Of a stretch of 64,000 bases of DNA, positions 12,786-25,769 are shown one piece after another. Origin of the DNA: Octopus bimaculoides. Taxonomy: Eukaryota. Position numbers and translations under genes: made by a program. The notes beneath the pieces were generated by a model, which saw only the letters and a program-made list of their open reading frames with translations, was not told the origin of the DNA and ran no database searches. Where the stretch lies: positions 46,670,489-46,734,488 of the forward strand of contig NC_068988.1 in assembly GCF_001194135.2 (NCBI RefSeq), written 5' to 3'. Position 1 is the first letter of the stretch, and every line of letters begins with the position of its first letter.

Positions 12786-13663
12786 ACACACACACACATA
12801 TGTACATGAAACGAAATTCCTCCTGGGTGAGATAGAGTTATTTCGTTTTCATCAGTTCCAGTTGTGTCCGAAAAGGTCAGTCTATACACAATTTCCGTTC
12901 GTGATTTAATTCCATCTCGTCCAGAAGGTATTTTATTTCATGGCGTTTTTCACAACTCTGGCTGATCAAGACAGTATTTTTACCTCCATTTGTAAAGACG
13001 TTATGAGCCTCCGGCCAGCATGTCTCACTAGTCGCCTATATTGCTAAGCGCATTATAGGTGCGCAACAAGCGGTAACTTCCTGACCGGCCATAACCAACG
13101 ACTATATTAAATATTACTGGATGTCTTATTAGAACACCGAATACAGCATTTCTAGCCTTGATAGATCCTCTCATATAAGCGCTTGTGGAATAAAAGCACA
13201 CACATAGATCGTAGCAGACGATATGGAACTACCATATCACTTCATTTCCTTCTTCTGGAAATCATCAGTAGGAGGCGTCCGGTCACTGTATGCTAATCAA
13301 ATCGCGCTGCTATGATATGATATATTGAATATCAACATCTTTTCAGACACTGATGTCGCAAATAACCAGCAGGTTTATTAAAAATTAATTATTAGCGACG
13401 GAAGCAGTTTTAATGTCAAAAAGTAATTTGTATATCCAACTTAGTATGGATGTCGTTTTAGAAACCCAAGCCCATGAGTGATGATTCGTGTCTGCTACGA
13501 TCTTTTATGCACCAAGAGCCAATGTGAGGAGATCTCTCGAAGCTAATAACGCAGTATTCACTGTTCCAATAAGACATCCATGTTAAGTTAGCTATAAAGA
13601 TTACCCTTTGGCATTAATACTTCTTCCGGCGTTAATAATCTATATACATGTAAAGCACCTCTT

Positions 13664-14107
13664 AGATTTACCCGCATCCTTGTCTATTTTGTACCATCAG
13701 GTTGTTTTTATTTCCTTCTGGATTTGCAAAGATATCCATCAAAGTGAGAACTAATATCTTGCTTGTTATTCCGCGATTGACAGCTCTGATTATGGAAGTT
13801 GCTGTCACATAGATTTATTCAGGCGATAGAGCTATACATGACCTTTACATGATGTATATACATGTGTGTATGTATGTATATTTGTATTGACATATATGTG
13901 TGTGTATGTGTGTATTCAGTTGAAGGTCATGCATGGCTTTATAGCCTGAACGCTTCTAAGTGACAGCAACTTCGATAACCAAAGATGTCAATCTTGGACT
14001 AACAAGCAGGATATTAGTTCCATCTTTGATGGATATCTTTGCAAATACAGGAGCAGGAAATAACCATAACCCGATGTATAAAATCGAAAAGGATGCAAGT
14101 AAATTTA
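13664..14107. repeat. Long inverted repeat (foldback/MITE-like), arms ~185 bp
   Basis: 13664-13846 aligns with the reverse complement of 13921-14107 (e.g. ATTTGCAAAGATATCCATCAAAG and GAAGTTGCTGTCAC). The spacer is a TATG/TG-rich tract. Confidence 0.9.
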
Positions 14108-14829
14108 CTAGATGTTAAAACTGATTCAGTCTTTCTGGAATTAACATTAATGACCTCACCTTTCTTATCAGTATAAGTCTGAAAATATCAGCACAGTATT
14201 ACCTGCATATGAGGCACGAGGTCGCAGTCGAGGTCAGAACACTGTACAGTGACATCTGTAGAAAGGTTAATTGTAACGATGTAAATATAAGGCAATATTA
14301 TATAAAGGATTACTATAAAGGATTACTATAAAGCTCTAATTGAAATGCAAGTATAACAAACTTGATTTAATGATCTGAGACTGAGAAAAGAAATTCTACA
14401 CAATAGTGTGAATACATTACCCATCAAATGTTCAGGTAGTGTTAAAAAAATAGTGTAAAAGAAAACATCTATGCTGAAAGTGATGAGAAAACTGCCATTA
14501 TTCAACGCGTAGTATAGTATTGAATTTATACTTGAAATTATTGGACCAATTATATAAGCGAGTAACTGCCTCAGTACTAACCGTTGGAAACTAGGCTTCT
14601 CAAACTCAGAAACATAATTGGGAGATTATAGTTGCAGGCCATTAAATGCGCTGTGAAAATATTAAAACTTGAAGACGTTTAGCATGTATATGCTTGTATA
14701 CATGCAGACATATGTATCTGTACCCATATGTAAATGAAAATACATATCTACACATTCAATGGTATCCATGCTTGCATATTCTATATGTAAACTCATATTT
14801 ATATGCTTGCATATTCCTATGCATGCATG

Positions 14830-15003
14830 TACGAGGGGTTGCTGAAAGGTTCCGAGCTTTAAGGGTATTGAAAAAGGCCTGGTTGGAGGCCCAAACTTCC
14901 GTGTTCTTTTACAGAGCTTAAACAACTGAAGAGCCGCTGCAATAAGTGTGTGAATCAGAGAGGTGAATACGTCGAACTAGGATCATTTCAGCCCCACCTC
15001 GTA
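14830..15003 (+). mobile_element. Internally deleted mariner MITE
   Basis: Ends TACGAGGGGTTGCTGAAAGGTTCC and GGATCATTTCAGCCCCACCTCGTA are imperfect TIRs with TA. Internal KQLKSRCNKCVNQRGEYVE matches the mariner transposase C-terminus (KL..RW.KC...G.YVE). Confidence 0.85.
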
Positions 15004-15097
15004 CTCATTAGCACCTGCATATATGAAACATATATAGATATTCATAGATATCCCCCACACATATATATGTATATATATACATACACACACCACACGT

Positions 15098-15208
<111 letters not shown>

Positions 15209-15734
15209 CTGGTATAGCAGGCAGTGCACATGTGTGCATGTAAAATAAAAATTTCAGTACATTTCATTCACGTAGGCTTCAGATCTCTTTGTTGTAGTCT
15301 GTGTTTAACCTGCAGATGTGTCGTTTTGTGTGTTTAGGTGCAAATTATCTTGTTTTGTTCTACACAATATATTCTGCACTGAAATGTACAGCTTTCGCAG
15401 ACATTGAAACTCAGTCTTCTATTTTGGTGCATATTCTTAAATCTGCAAATATTATTCAGTGAAAATTTTCCCAGCAGACATATTCTTGTAATGCTTAATG
15501 TTTAGGAATTTACCTGAGGAATAATGAAAGTCTTTGCAAGAATATTTTTCAAACTTTTCCTTCCAATGATTTTCCTTTGGATTATCTTATCGCTGCAAAC
15601 CATTGGGAGTGACAAATCTTAGGAATTATTCTGCCTTGGGATAAAGAAACCAATAGTCACATACATATATGTATACATACTACATAAAATATACAGATAT
15701 ATGTGTGTGGGAGGTGTTTGTACGTGCGTGTGTA

Positions 15735-15847
<113 letters not shown>

Positions 15848-15871
15848 CACATATATATATATATTTGTATG

Positions 15872-15905
<34 letters not shown>

Positions 15906-16677
15906 TGCATATGTACATATAAATATAAATATATATTTATGTATATATATATATATATATGTATATTCAACATATACATATATGCACTTATTCATACATA
16001 TACTTATTCTAACATGTGTTAACTTATATATGAATTTACTTATAAAGTCTTATGTTGCAAGTGATTTTAATAAAAAGGAACTAAGCAACATCATTCAGTA
16101 TTATGCAATAAACGTTTCAATGTTTCTTAGGGAGTGTAATCAGTTTAAAAGTTTTATTTCAACTTTCCAGTACTTGATGCTCTTTGTTGATTCTGTTGAT
16201 GCTATTATTGTCATCTCTCATTTAGAACTGAATAGTTTTATTGAAAAAGATTCAAAGGATGCGATTTTTAACAATGTGAAAAGATTGGAACGTCGATATT
16301 TGCTGTTTGTGTCTTGTTTATAGATGTCCACCTGTGATTGTATGGATGACGGCTCTGAACGTGTGTATAGTGAAGAATTTAAAGGACATAAACATGAATG
16401 TAGTATCTGATTATGGAGAGATGCTTCTTGTGTTCAAAATATACAGTAGGCATGCTTGTTGTGTAAACAGTTTAATCAGAAGAGGAAGACCCTTTTAGGG
16501 TTTCTGAAATTGTCAAGCAGAAGGGTAGAAGTTATGCTCAGCCTGGAGACCCAGCCCAAATTGCTGAAAATGGCAAATAGTTATATGACACTAAGATATA
16601 ATATTAACATCTGTATATTTGTATGTAATACATGTATATGTACAAACAAGCATGTATATATATGATGGATAATGATT

Positions 16678-16884
16678 CATTCACTACAGCTGTTTCTAAC
16701 GATTTTTTTTTATTGATGAACAGAGATATTACATCATGTACTAAATCATAAAGTGGGACACATTGATGACTTTTTGAATGTTTTAAATGTGTAATTCATG
16801 TATATTCACCTAATTCAAACGGTTGCTGATGTAATATCTCTGTTCATAAAGTAGAAAATTTGTTGGGAACAGCTATAGTGAATA
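16678..16884. repeat. Inverted pair of decayed hammerhead cassettes homologous to 47361-47445
   Basis: 16678-16736 is the inverted homologue of 16827-16884. The plus-strand 16803-16884 copy has a perfect 7-bp stem I (TATTCAC/GTGAATA) but mutated cores. The minus-strand arm retains GAAACAGCTGTAGTGAAT. Confidence 0.7.
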
Positions 16885-17184
16885 AGCCATTATCTATCTG
16901 TTGTTATTTTTATACATTATTCGCCTTATTCGGAACCTCTTGTTAGAGTTGATCCAAAGTCTGTTACGCGCAGTACGATTGGTGCAGTGTGTGTTCCTAA
17001 ATACAGCCTTGGGACTCGTAATATACTTAATCGGTTGCGAGTAACCGTATATTCAACCGGAATAAGGGTCTGTCTATTCGTCGGTATGAAGGTATTTGTT
17101 CTTATGCTTTCATAATATACACGATTCCATTTATTTAAACTGACTCTGTGCTTTATTATTTAAGTACTTGATTCCTGAACTCTT

Positions 17185-17323
17185 GAAGCTTGCTTCCCAA
17201 CCATATAATTCCGGATTCAGTCTCATTCCGAGGTACCTTGAGCAATTCTCTCCTACGGGCCGACCAAAGTCTTGTGAGTAGATTTGATTGACGGAAACTA
17301 AAGAAAAGCCCGTCGGATATATT

Positions 17324-17411
<88 letters not shown>

Positions 17412-17640
17412 TGTGTGTGTGTGTGTATTTGTGTGTGTGTATGTGTCTTTGTGTCTGTGTTTGTACCCCATCACCGCCTGATTACTGGTGTTAGTGTGTT
17501 TACGTTCCCGTAACTTAGCGGTTCGGCAAAATGACCGATAGAATAAGTGCTAGGCTTACGAAGTGTGTTCTGGGGTCGATTGTTCGACTGAAACATGCAC
17601 GACCGCAGTCAAAAGTACTGAAACAAGTAAAAGAATAAAC
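17185..17640 (+). mobile_element. tRNA-derived SINE family A with internal (TA)(TG) microsatellite
   Basis: GCTTGCTTCCCAACCA...GGGCCGACCAAAG...GACGGAAACT...AGCCCGTCG, then (TG)n, then GTAACTTAGCGGTTCGGCAAAA...CTGAAACAAGTAAAAGAATAAA. Matches 59755-60250 reversed. Confidence 0.85.
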
Positions 17641-18679
17641 AAATATATATATATATATATATATTCAGTAATGTATATTATTGCCTTATTAATGCTATTA
17701 ATAATGGCAATACTTCTTCTTTATATATGTATATTTATATATATTGTGTGTGTGTGTGTACACCGAAAACAAACTCACATTTTACTCACACACATATGCA
17801 ATCACCCACTGACATATACACATAAAAATATTGGAAATATGTTGAGAGACTAGAGTGGCTTTAAAATATTTAGCACAATCATTTGAACTGTGAAGTAATT
17901 CACCCAAAGGCCAAGCCTTCTTATTCAACCATGTGATGTATTAATCAACCATCAACAGCAACAGCCTCTGCCATGGTCTTCCACACAGTTTCTGTCTCCC
18001 AAACTTCTCACATAAATATTTTCTTGACCTCAAGCAAAATTAGAAACACTAGCCCAAGGTACAACACGATATATCCAACAGTTATACATTATAGTATATC
18101 ATTGAGTAACAAATAGATAAAAATATTCTACTTTAGCTTGCTTTTACCTTTATACGCAGCTTAATACAAATGTACAGCATAAACATCATGGTTATTTGGT
18201 TTCTGCAGAAGGAATAACATCTATTTGTGGGGACTTCCATCCCCTATTCTACTTACTTTTCAACTATTCATCCAAAGTATTGAAAATTAAAAGAAATCAC
18301 TCATTCCTTGGTCGGATGGAAAAAAAAACTGGAATTGTTGAAAATGGAAAACAATTATATAATCCCTTACTATTTTTAACATATGATCATCTACATATAC
18401 ATTGATAGATGTGTGTTGAATATGCATGTGTGTGTTGAATATGCATGTGTGTGTTGAATATGCATGTGTGTGGGAGTGTATACGCATACACACACGAACA
18501 GATATGCACATATGTACATGAATACACGTTCTTATACACGCACATAAATATATATAAAATATGTTAAGAATAAACTTGTCTTTAAAAGCATTTTGCTCAG
18601 TCATTTGAATCGAAAGTAAAGTTCTTGTATTCTTGTGCACATTTTTTTTTGTGCAGGAAGTAGTAGCTTAAGTCGAAGA

Positions 18680-18880
18680 AGTAAGAAGAAAGAACGAACG
18701 AAGAAGAAGAAGAAGAAGAAGAAGAAGAAGAAGAAGAAGAAGAAGAAGAAGAAGAAGAAGAAGAAGAAGAAGAAGAAGAAGAAGAATACAATGATGATGA
18801 TGACAACGATGATGAAGATGATGAGGGAGACGACGATGATGACGCTGATGGAGGACGTGGAGTTCGAGAAGAATAACAAC
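18680..18880. repeat. (AAG)n microsatellite grading into (GAT/GAC)n
   Basis: Directly visible trinucleotide runs. Confidence 0.95.
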
Positions 18881-19285
18881 GTCTTCTTGCGTTTGCTAAT
18901 GCATTTTGGTGAGTCAAGCTTAACTAATACGTTATTTTCTTTTTCTTTTCAAAGTATCAAGTCATCCAATAAGCTGCTTAGAAGGACGCTAAATAGCTGA
19001 CTGGTGCCATATTGAATATTCTGTACTTCGATAATTCTTTGTAAACATTGCTACTTCTCCTCAAAGGCCTCATGGATTGCAACCAAGAATGGTCTCTTTG
19101 TCAATGACATGGTGTTATTTTTAATTGTTTTTTTTCTTTTTTTTTTTTGCTTCTTTGTCCTTTGCCTTGGAGTGGGTAGAATATAGTGGAGATTATTTTC
19201 TACTGAGCTAATATTATAAATATTTTATTTTATAGCTACATAAATTTGGTAGGAAAATGTATATTGCAAAGAAAATACATGCATG

Positions 19286-19326
<41 letters not shown>

Positions 19327-19336
19327 NNNNNNNNNN

Positions 19337-19369
<33 letters not shown>

Positions 19370-20930
19370 GGGCACACATACGCGCACACACACACATACA
19401 CACACACACACACACGCGCACGCCAATCCAAAGCTTGAAAGAGACAGGCTTCTGTTTGAGGCCTGCAAAACTTTAAGTTACACTAAATCGTATCGAATTG
19501 TTTTAAATTATATAAATATATATATATACTAGTATATATGCTAGTACAAAGATATTATAATAGCTGTTTCATAAATCCAAAACAAAAACTTAGAAAAGTA
19601 CTCAATGCTGACATAGAGTATAACGCTTATTCTGCACGAAGGTTTTTTTAAGCAGATTATATATTGTAAGAATAGTTACTGGTATGATTAAAGAATTTGA
19701 TGAAGAATAAATGTTGTTGAGTGAGAAGCACGTTAAATCAATCATAACGGTATCTAAATAAATGTATGTTTTTACTAAAGTTGGCAGAATATTCATTAGT
19801 TTTTCTATAGAAAATAAATCAAGTTATTACCTCTTTTTCAACGGTTAAAAAGGCACAATTAATTTATTCCTGGTTTGTGGGGTTACCTACATACAAAGGC
19901 TATTTTGATTCTTAGGGAGGAAACTTTAATAAATGGTTTGTAATACGAGATTCAAAGAGAGCCTGTAAAAATCAGTAACACCGAGTTTTTGTTTGTATCT
20001 GAAAATAATCAATGAATAATGCTTTAGATTTAATAAGAGAAATTTTTTATCAATAAAATATATGCAATATTTAGCTGCAACTTTAAAGTTTCCCTTTGTG
20101 TATGATGGTTCGTATTTGAAGAGAAAGCATAAACGAAAGCAGATGTTTTAGTTGGTAATGCTTAGAACTTATGTAAAGGGTAAAATTTTATGTTCAGAAG
20201 ACTTGTTGAGTTGACAGTTATACAATTACATTATACATATATATAAAGTTTATTTAGGAAGCCAAACATTTCACTTATCTTAACAGAATGCTAAATATAT
20301 ATCCATAATGTTAGAACTACGTTATGTATCCCCAAAACAAATATTGAATGCAAGTATATTAAGTGTAATGGAAAAATATTGTAGAGTATTAGCAATATAC
20401 AATGCTACACACAATATAGTAAAGTAATTATACAAACTAGATTTAGTTAGAAAATATTAAAGTTTATTCACTATACGTAAATCTTCTGAAACTACTATAG
20501 GAACAGTGACACTTCACTTTCAAATTAGATATGGAAACTGAAATTGAAAAATATAAAATATATGATTACATGGAAGATATTTGCGTTTTCAAACTATATA
20601 AGAAATAATGAGAAAAATGTCAACTTGTCAAATTTCAATCCTACGGGTCTTACTCCTTAATCACAATTTAAAATTAGTGCTACATTACCAACACAGAATA
20701 TAAAAAAAACTTTATAGCATTTTAAACTTGTAAGCTATCGAAGTGGTTAATTATCCTCAACGATAACTCCATTGACCTTTAATTCACAAATCCACCATAT
20801 AAAACATTCACAAAATCCTTACCCTAAAGATTATTTTACCACCTCATTCTACCATAAATAATTCTACCTGTTAGTCCCACCACTCCATATTTCATAGTTT
20901 TCCATTTCAAACCTTTAACAACCAAAGCAA

Positions 20931-21872
20931 TACGTAACCTGATCAATAAGTATCCGGACTGTTGCTATAGTAACGAAGCTAAAGCACGCAGAATAAAACC
21001 GCTTAGCACAAATTGGCCTTCAACTCTGTTGTTCAGGCGCACTAAGTTTTAACGTTCTAGCACATTTATACTATTTACAAAAGTGCTTGGAATGAAGGGG
21101 TGTAGCGTGTGATCGTCACATTGAAAATCACAGAGAAAGTTGAGCAGAGAATCTGCATCAAATTTTACCAAGAGCTTGGGAACACCTGCTCAGAGGCCTA
21201 CGCAAAGTTTTCAAAAAAGTTTTCATCGTTCTCCACACAATCCAGATCTTGTGTANNNNNNNNNNAGTTTTCATCGTTCTCCACACAATCCAGATCTTGT
21301 GTAACTGAAGCCCGAGTGACTTTTTGGTTAGCTGAAAGCAGTTTTCGCACAAACTTGACAGACAAGCGTCTCATACCCAAATATTCAGTGATAATGGACT
21401 GAACTATACTGTAACTAAACTGCACATCCTCTGATAACTCACGGATGGTGATTCGACGATTTCCCCTCACAGCTGCACGCACATCTACGATGTTTTTCTC
21501 AGTTCTGCTGGTTGCAGGTCTTCTAGAACGTTCGTCACTATCGACATTTTCCCAGCCATCTTGGAAACGTCTGAACCACTCGTACATCTGTATGTGGCTC
21601 ATGCACTCCTCTCTATACATTATCTGCAACTTTGTGTAGGCCTCTGAGCAGGCATCGGCATGATAACTTTCTGTCATGGTCAATGCGACGATCACACGTT
21701 ACACACGTTACTTCCAAGCACTACTGTAAACAGTGGAAGTGAGCTAGAACGTTAAAACTTAGTGTGCATACACAATAGAGTTCAAAGACAATCTGTGGCA
21801 AGCAGCTTCGCTCTGCATGCTTTGCTTCATTTCAATGGCAACAGTCCTGATAGTTATTGGTCAGCCCTCGTA
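20931..21872. mobile_element. Palindromic mariner derivative made of two inward-facing 5' ends
   Basis: The left arm (+) encodes EKVEQRICIKFYQELGNTCSEAYAK. The right arm (-) encodes CSEAYTK...MYEWFRRFQDG...DERSRRPATS...NRRITIREL...LGMRRLSVKFVRKLL (mariner HTH region). About 270 bp at each end are mutual reverse complements starting TACG...CTGA(T/C)CAATAA. Confidence 0.9.
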
Positions 21873-21884
21873 TTATACAGTTCA

Positions 21885-22000
21885 GCGACGAGCTGGCAGA
21901 ATCATTAGCACGCCGGACGAAATGCTTAACGGCGTTTCATCTATCTTTATGTTCTGAGTTCAAATTCCGCCGCGGTCGACTTTGTGTTTCATCCTTTCCG
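21885..22000 (+). mobile_element. SINE family B 5' fragment
   Basis: GCGACGAGCTGGCAGAATCATTAGCACGCCGG...GTTCTGAGTTCAAATTCCGCC...TTCATCCTTTCC. Confidence 0.85.
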
Positions 22001-23049
22001 TAGAGGGTTAACCAATGAGTGAATCTTTTAAAATTCTTTTTCTTTCACTAAATAGCTTCCATTTAATAGTCGCTCCTCATCCCAACGGAAGCGTCACGAA
22101 AGAATTTTTCTTTGAACTGAGTAAATGGAAAAGCTCCTTAAGTGAAAAATAGCTGTAGAAAATTAATTAGTTACGACATTTCAACAAAATAAATGGCATA
22201 GTAGTCAATACAGTTGAGAACAACGACAACAGACACACATGCACTTAGTGAAACGATGTGCATTCAATACTAACTAAATGCAATCGTTCGTAAGAGTACT
22301 GTCAAAAACGAAAACTCCGAGTTAAGAAACATTGCTGAAAGGACTAAAGCGTTGTACCATTTTGCTAAAAAGACAGACCTCAACTAGCTAGGGTTTATTT
22401 TACAAACGAAAGGAAGAAGTGGATGTACTTAGGTATTGTTAAGTGTATAAAAACTTTCTCTACCTCATGTAAGACGAATTTGGACATAGCTCTTGCTCAA
22501 ACGTTTAAGTGAAATCTCTTTCATTGGTACACGAAAGAGGTAAGGTACTGTATGCATCAAATTCAAAGCAGAGGAAAAAGTGAGAGCATTGACCATCTCA
22601 AGGTGAAAGACACACATGCATAAAAGTTAGTTCTACAAAATCTGTGAAGCACTACAACGGTCTCTAAACAGGAGAAATACAAGGCTTACTTTTAAAGATA
22701 ACAGTGATAGTTTGTAATCCTGGTTCGTAGTCACTTACGTCGCACAGTATGGGCAAATGGATAGTGCTAACGTACCGTTCAGTAAGATGTGACTGGGGAG
22801 TATCATGAAAATACAAATCTTTGACAATGAGACACCCCAAAGCTCTGTAGAAGGCTCTGAGGAGAAGGCCTTGAGATTGAGAATTCTGAGTGGAAAACCA
22901 AAAATCGTTTTATGTTTTCGCCTCAGAAATTTTAAAAGAGCAGAAACGTATCCAACAATAACAAATTACGGTTGTTGTTCTCACAAAAGAGGTTCAATAG
23001 CTGAAGGTAGAGTCGTTCACATCTCACGATTTGTCAAAAGAAAACCCAA

Positions 23050-23440
23050 AAGAACTAGCCATGTCTTCATTTCTAAGAGATAACCATCAACACAGACAGC
23101 TTCACTTACTAACAACAACTGCGGGAACTAATCAGCAGATAGCTTCGGTATTGTAGCACCATTCCATTCACTTCTGATAATGAAAGTCAAGGAAATCTGA
23201 GAGGGTTAGCAGACTTTGAACAAGAAAAACTACCCAGTCTAATAAAAAGTGTGCAAGGAGATGTGCATTTTGGTTGAAGAGGTGAGGATCTTCAGAAACA
23301 GAATTCGTTTCATATAAAAGAAAGCTTATCTCACATGAAGAAGAGCATCTATCTAATAGAGAAACTCTTCAGCAAATGAAAGCCCATCGTCCCTAAGTCT
23401 TATGAGCTTTACCAAATTTGCGAACTTGGCTAAATAATTA
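23050..23440 (+). mobile_element. Possible highly degenerate piggyBac-like transposase remnant
   Basis: Broken translation FGIVAPFHSLL...VHF...KPIVPKSYELYQICELG loosely resembles piggyBac GIL..SGYHSLP...LH...KPIRFGYK.W.LC..GY. Confidence 0.25.
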
Positions 23441-24658
23441 CTGCCGATAAAAAGCACCACAATCTATAAAAAATCTTTTGGGGTTTTTCTTTAAGAAAGA
23501 AAATATGCAGTTAAATATATGCAATATTCATAAAGATCTTGTGTATAGTTGGCGATGAAAACGATTGTGCGTCAGATGTTATACAAGATGTACCTTTAAC
23601 AAGAAAATGGTTAAAAAGATGTATGAGGAACGTTAAAGAAAATGATAAAGTATTGCGGAATTTTATAGAATTTCTATAATTTTTCAAATGAAGTGTTTGC
23701 AATGAATTAATGTTGACAATATTTAGCGGAAATGTATTTAAGTGTCATCGTTGATCAGAAAATGGTATTATTGATTCAAGCCACTAATTCCTGTTAATTC
23801 TTTAAAGCATCTTCAGTATTCCTTCACATTAATCTAGATTTCACAATAAAAGAACCAAATTGCTTTTGAACAATGATGAAGTGGTATCGATTTCAGAAGG
23901 TTTCTCACCTGACACCTATGCAGACACACTAAAATATAGCTAAATATATTTATCTATATTCACACATATATACACAATGACACACAGCGACACACCCACC
24001 TACCCAGTGACATACATATACAGAATTCAGAAATGGATGCATGCACGTGGTATACATACACAAACGTAGGTATGATATATATACACATAACAAGTTTTCA
24101 TGAAATTCATAGGTGTGTGTGTGTGTGTGAACGTGAGGGAATGTATGTATGTATATATATATATNNNNNNNNNNNNNNNNNNNNNNNNNNNNNNNNNNNN
24201 NNNNNNNNNNNNNNNNNNNNNNNNNNNNNNNNNNNNNNNNNNNNNNNNNNNNNNNNNNNNNNNNNNNNNNNNNNNNNNNNNNNNNNNNNNNNNNNNNNNN
24301 NNNNNNNNNNNNNNNNNNNNNNNNNNNNNNNNNNNNNNNNNNNNNNNNNNNNNNNNNNNNNNNNNNNNNNNNNNNNNNNNNNNNNNNNNNNNNNNNNNNN
24401 NNNNNNNNNNNNNNNNNNNNNNNNNNNNNNNNNNNNNNNNNNNNNNNNNNNNNNNNNNNNNNNNNNNNNNNNNNNNNNNNNNNNNNNNNNNNNNNNNNNN
24501 NNNNNNNNNNNNNNNNNNNNNNNNNNNNNNNNNNNNNNNNNNNNNNNNNNNNNNNNNNNNNNNNNNNNNNNNNNNNNNNNNNNNNNNNNNNNNNNNNNNN
24601 NNNNNNNNNNNNNNNNNNNNNNNNNNNNNNNNNNNNNNNNNNNNNNNNNNNNNNNNNN

Positions 24659-24787
24659 AATCCACTCACAAGGCTTTGGTCGGCCCGAAACTATAGTAGA
24701 AGATACTTGCCCAAGGTGCCTCGCAGTGGGAATGAACCCGGAACCATGTGGTTGGTAAGCAAGCTACTTACCACACAGCCACTCCTA
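24659..24787 (-). mobile_element. SINE family A head fragment
   Basis: ATCCACTCACAAGGCTTTGGTCGGCCCG...GAACCCGGAACCATGTGG...CCACACAGCCACTCCT. Confidence 0.9.
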
Positions 24788-24851
24788 TTATGTATGCATG
24801 TATGTATGTGTGTGTATGTGTTGATAGATGGATAGATCGATAGATCGATAA

Positions 24852-24910
<59 letters not shown>

Positions 24911-25141
24911 TAAGAAGCTCCGTTGTGGTTTCCATCTTCCAAAATTTCATCCTCAAGATCTGATGAAAATCCCTTAACCACAATTTAACATCGAACTTAA
25001 CTCCATGCGGTTAAGAAACGAAATAAATGGAAACCAAGAACCAAAATCGTTTTTAGTTCAACTATCCAGCCTCTGTATCCGAGATGCAAATATGTGACTG
25101 TCCACTTTTGTTGCAAAGTCTTTAATCAATACCTTAATATA

Positions 25142-25476
25142 CCTACACCTGCTGAGATCCCCTTCGGTCATAACTGACCATGGGATTGCACCTACAAAGT
25201 TACCCTCCTAGTCACAAGACCGGGCAAGGTTGTTTATAGAAGACCAGCAGTCGCCCATGCATACTAGTCTCCCCTCTCCACGCCACCAGTGTTATCCAAG
25301 GGAAAGGCAAAGGGGCCGATACAGCTTGGTACTTGTGACGTCGCAACTCATTTCTACAGCTGAGTGAACTGGAGCAACGTGAAATAAAATGTCTTTCTCA
25401 AGAACACAACACGCAGGCCGGTCCGGGATTCGAACTCATAACTTCGAGATCGTAAGCTCGACGCTCTAACCACTGA
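25142..25476 (-). mobile_element. tRNA-derived SINE (family related to C)
   Basis: The minus-strand head TCAGTGGTTAGAGCGTCGAGCTT...GAGTTCGAATCCCGG has A- and B-box. The body shares ACAGCTGAGTGAACTGGAGCAAC with the 1667-1935 copy. Confidence 0.85.
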
Positions 25477-25769
25477 AACCAGAAGTAGACCAGAAGTAAC
25501 AATAATAATTACATTGCATTCGCTGGTGCTTCGAAGAATGGAAGAGTGACGATGAAATTCGGGCGATAGAGACGAGATTTTTTATTCAGTAACTAAAATT
25601 CACGTTCATCTGTTCCTGTTCAGATGCTTATTCTGTTACATATTTGTGCAGGTCGCTGCGGCAGTCATCAATGATACAGTCTGCAACAAATCAAATGTGT
25701 TGGAGCTAAATCTTCAGCATGTCATCATCATGGTAATCACAAACTGAACAAACTTCAATAGAAATGTCG

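Noticed and set aside
16925-17068. CCTTATTCGG / CCGGAATAAGG short inverted ends
   Set aside because: About 10 bp only, with no TSD; insufficient to call a MITE.
23950-24835. ORFs of 200+ aa spanning N runs (also at 10.8, 35.4, 49.9-50.7, 62.8 kb)
   Set aside because: Length comes from assembly gaps translated as X.
25500-25650. Possible 3' LTR of the Gypsy element (minus strand starts TGTAAC, has AATAAA)
   Set aside because: No polypurine tract upstream and no matching 5' LTR found near 28.6-29 kb.
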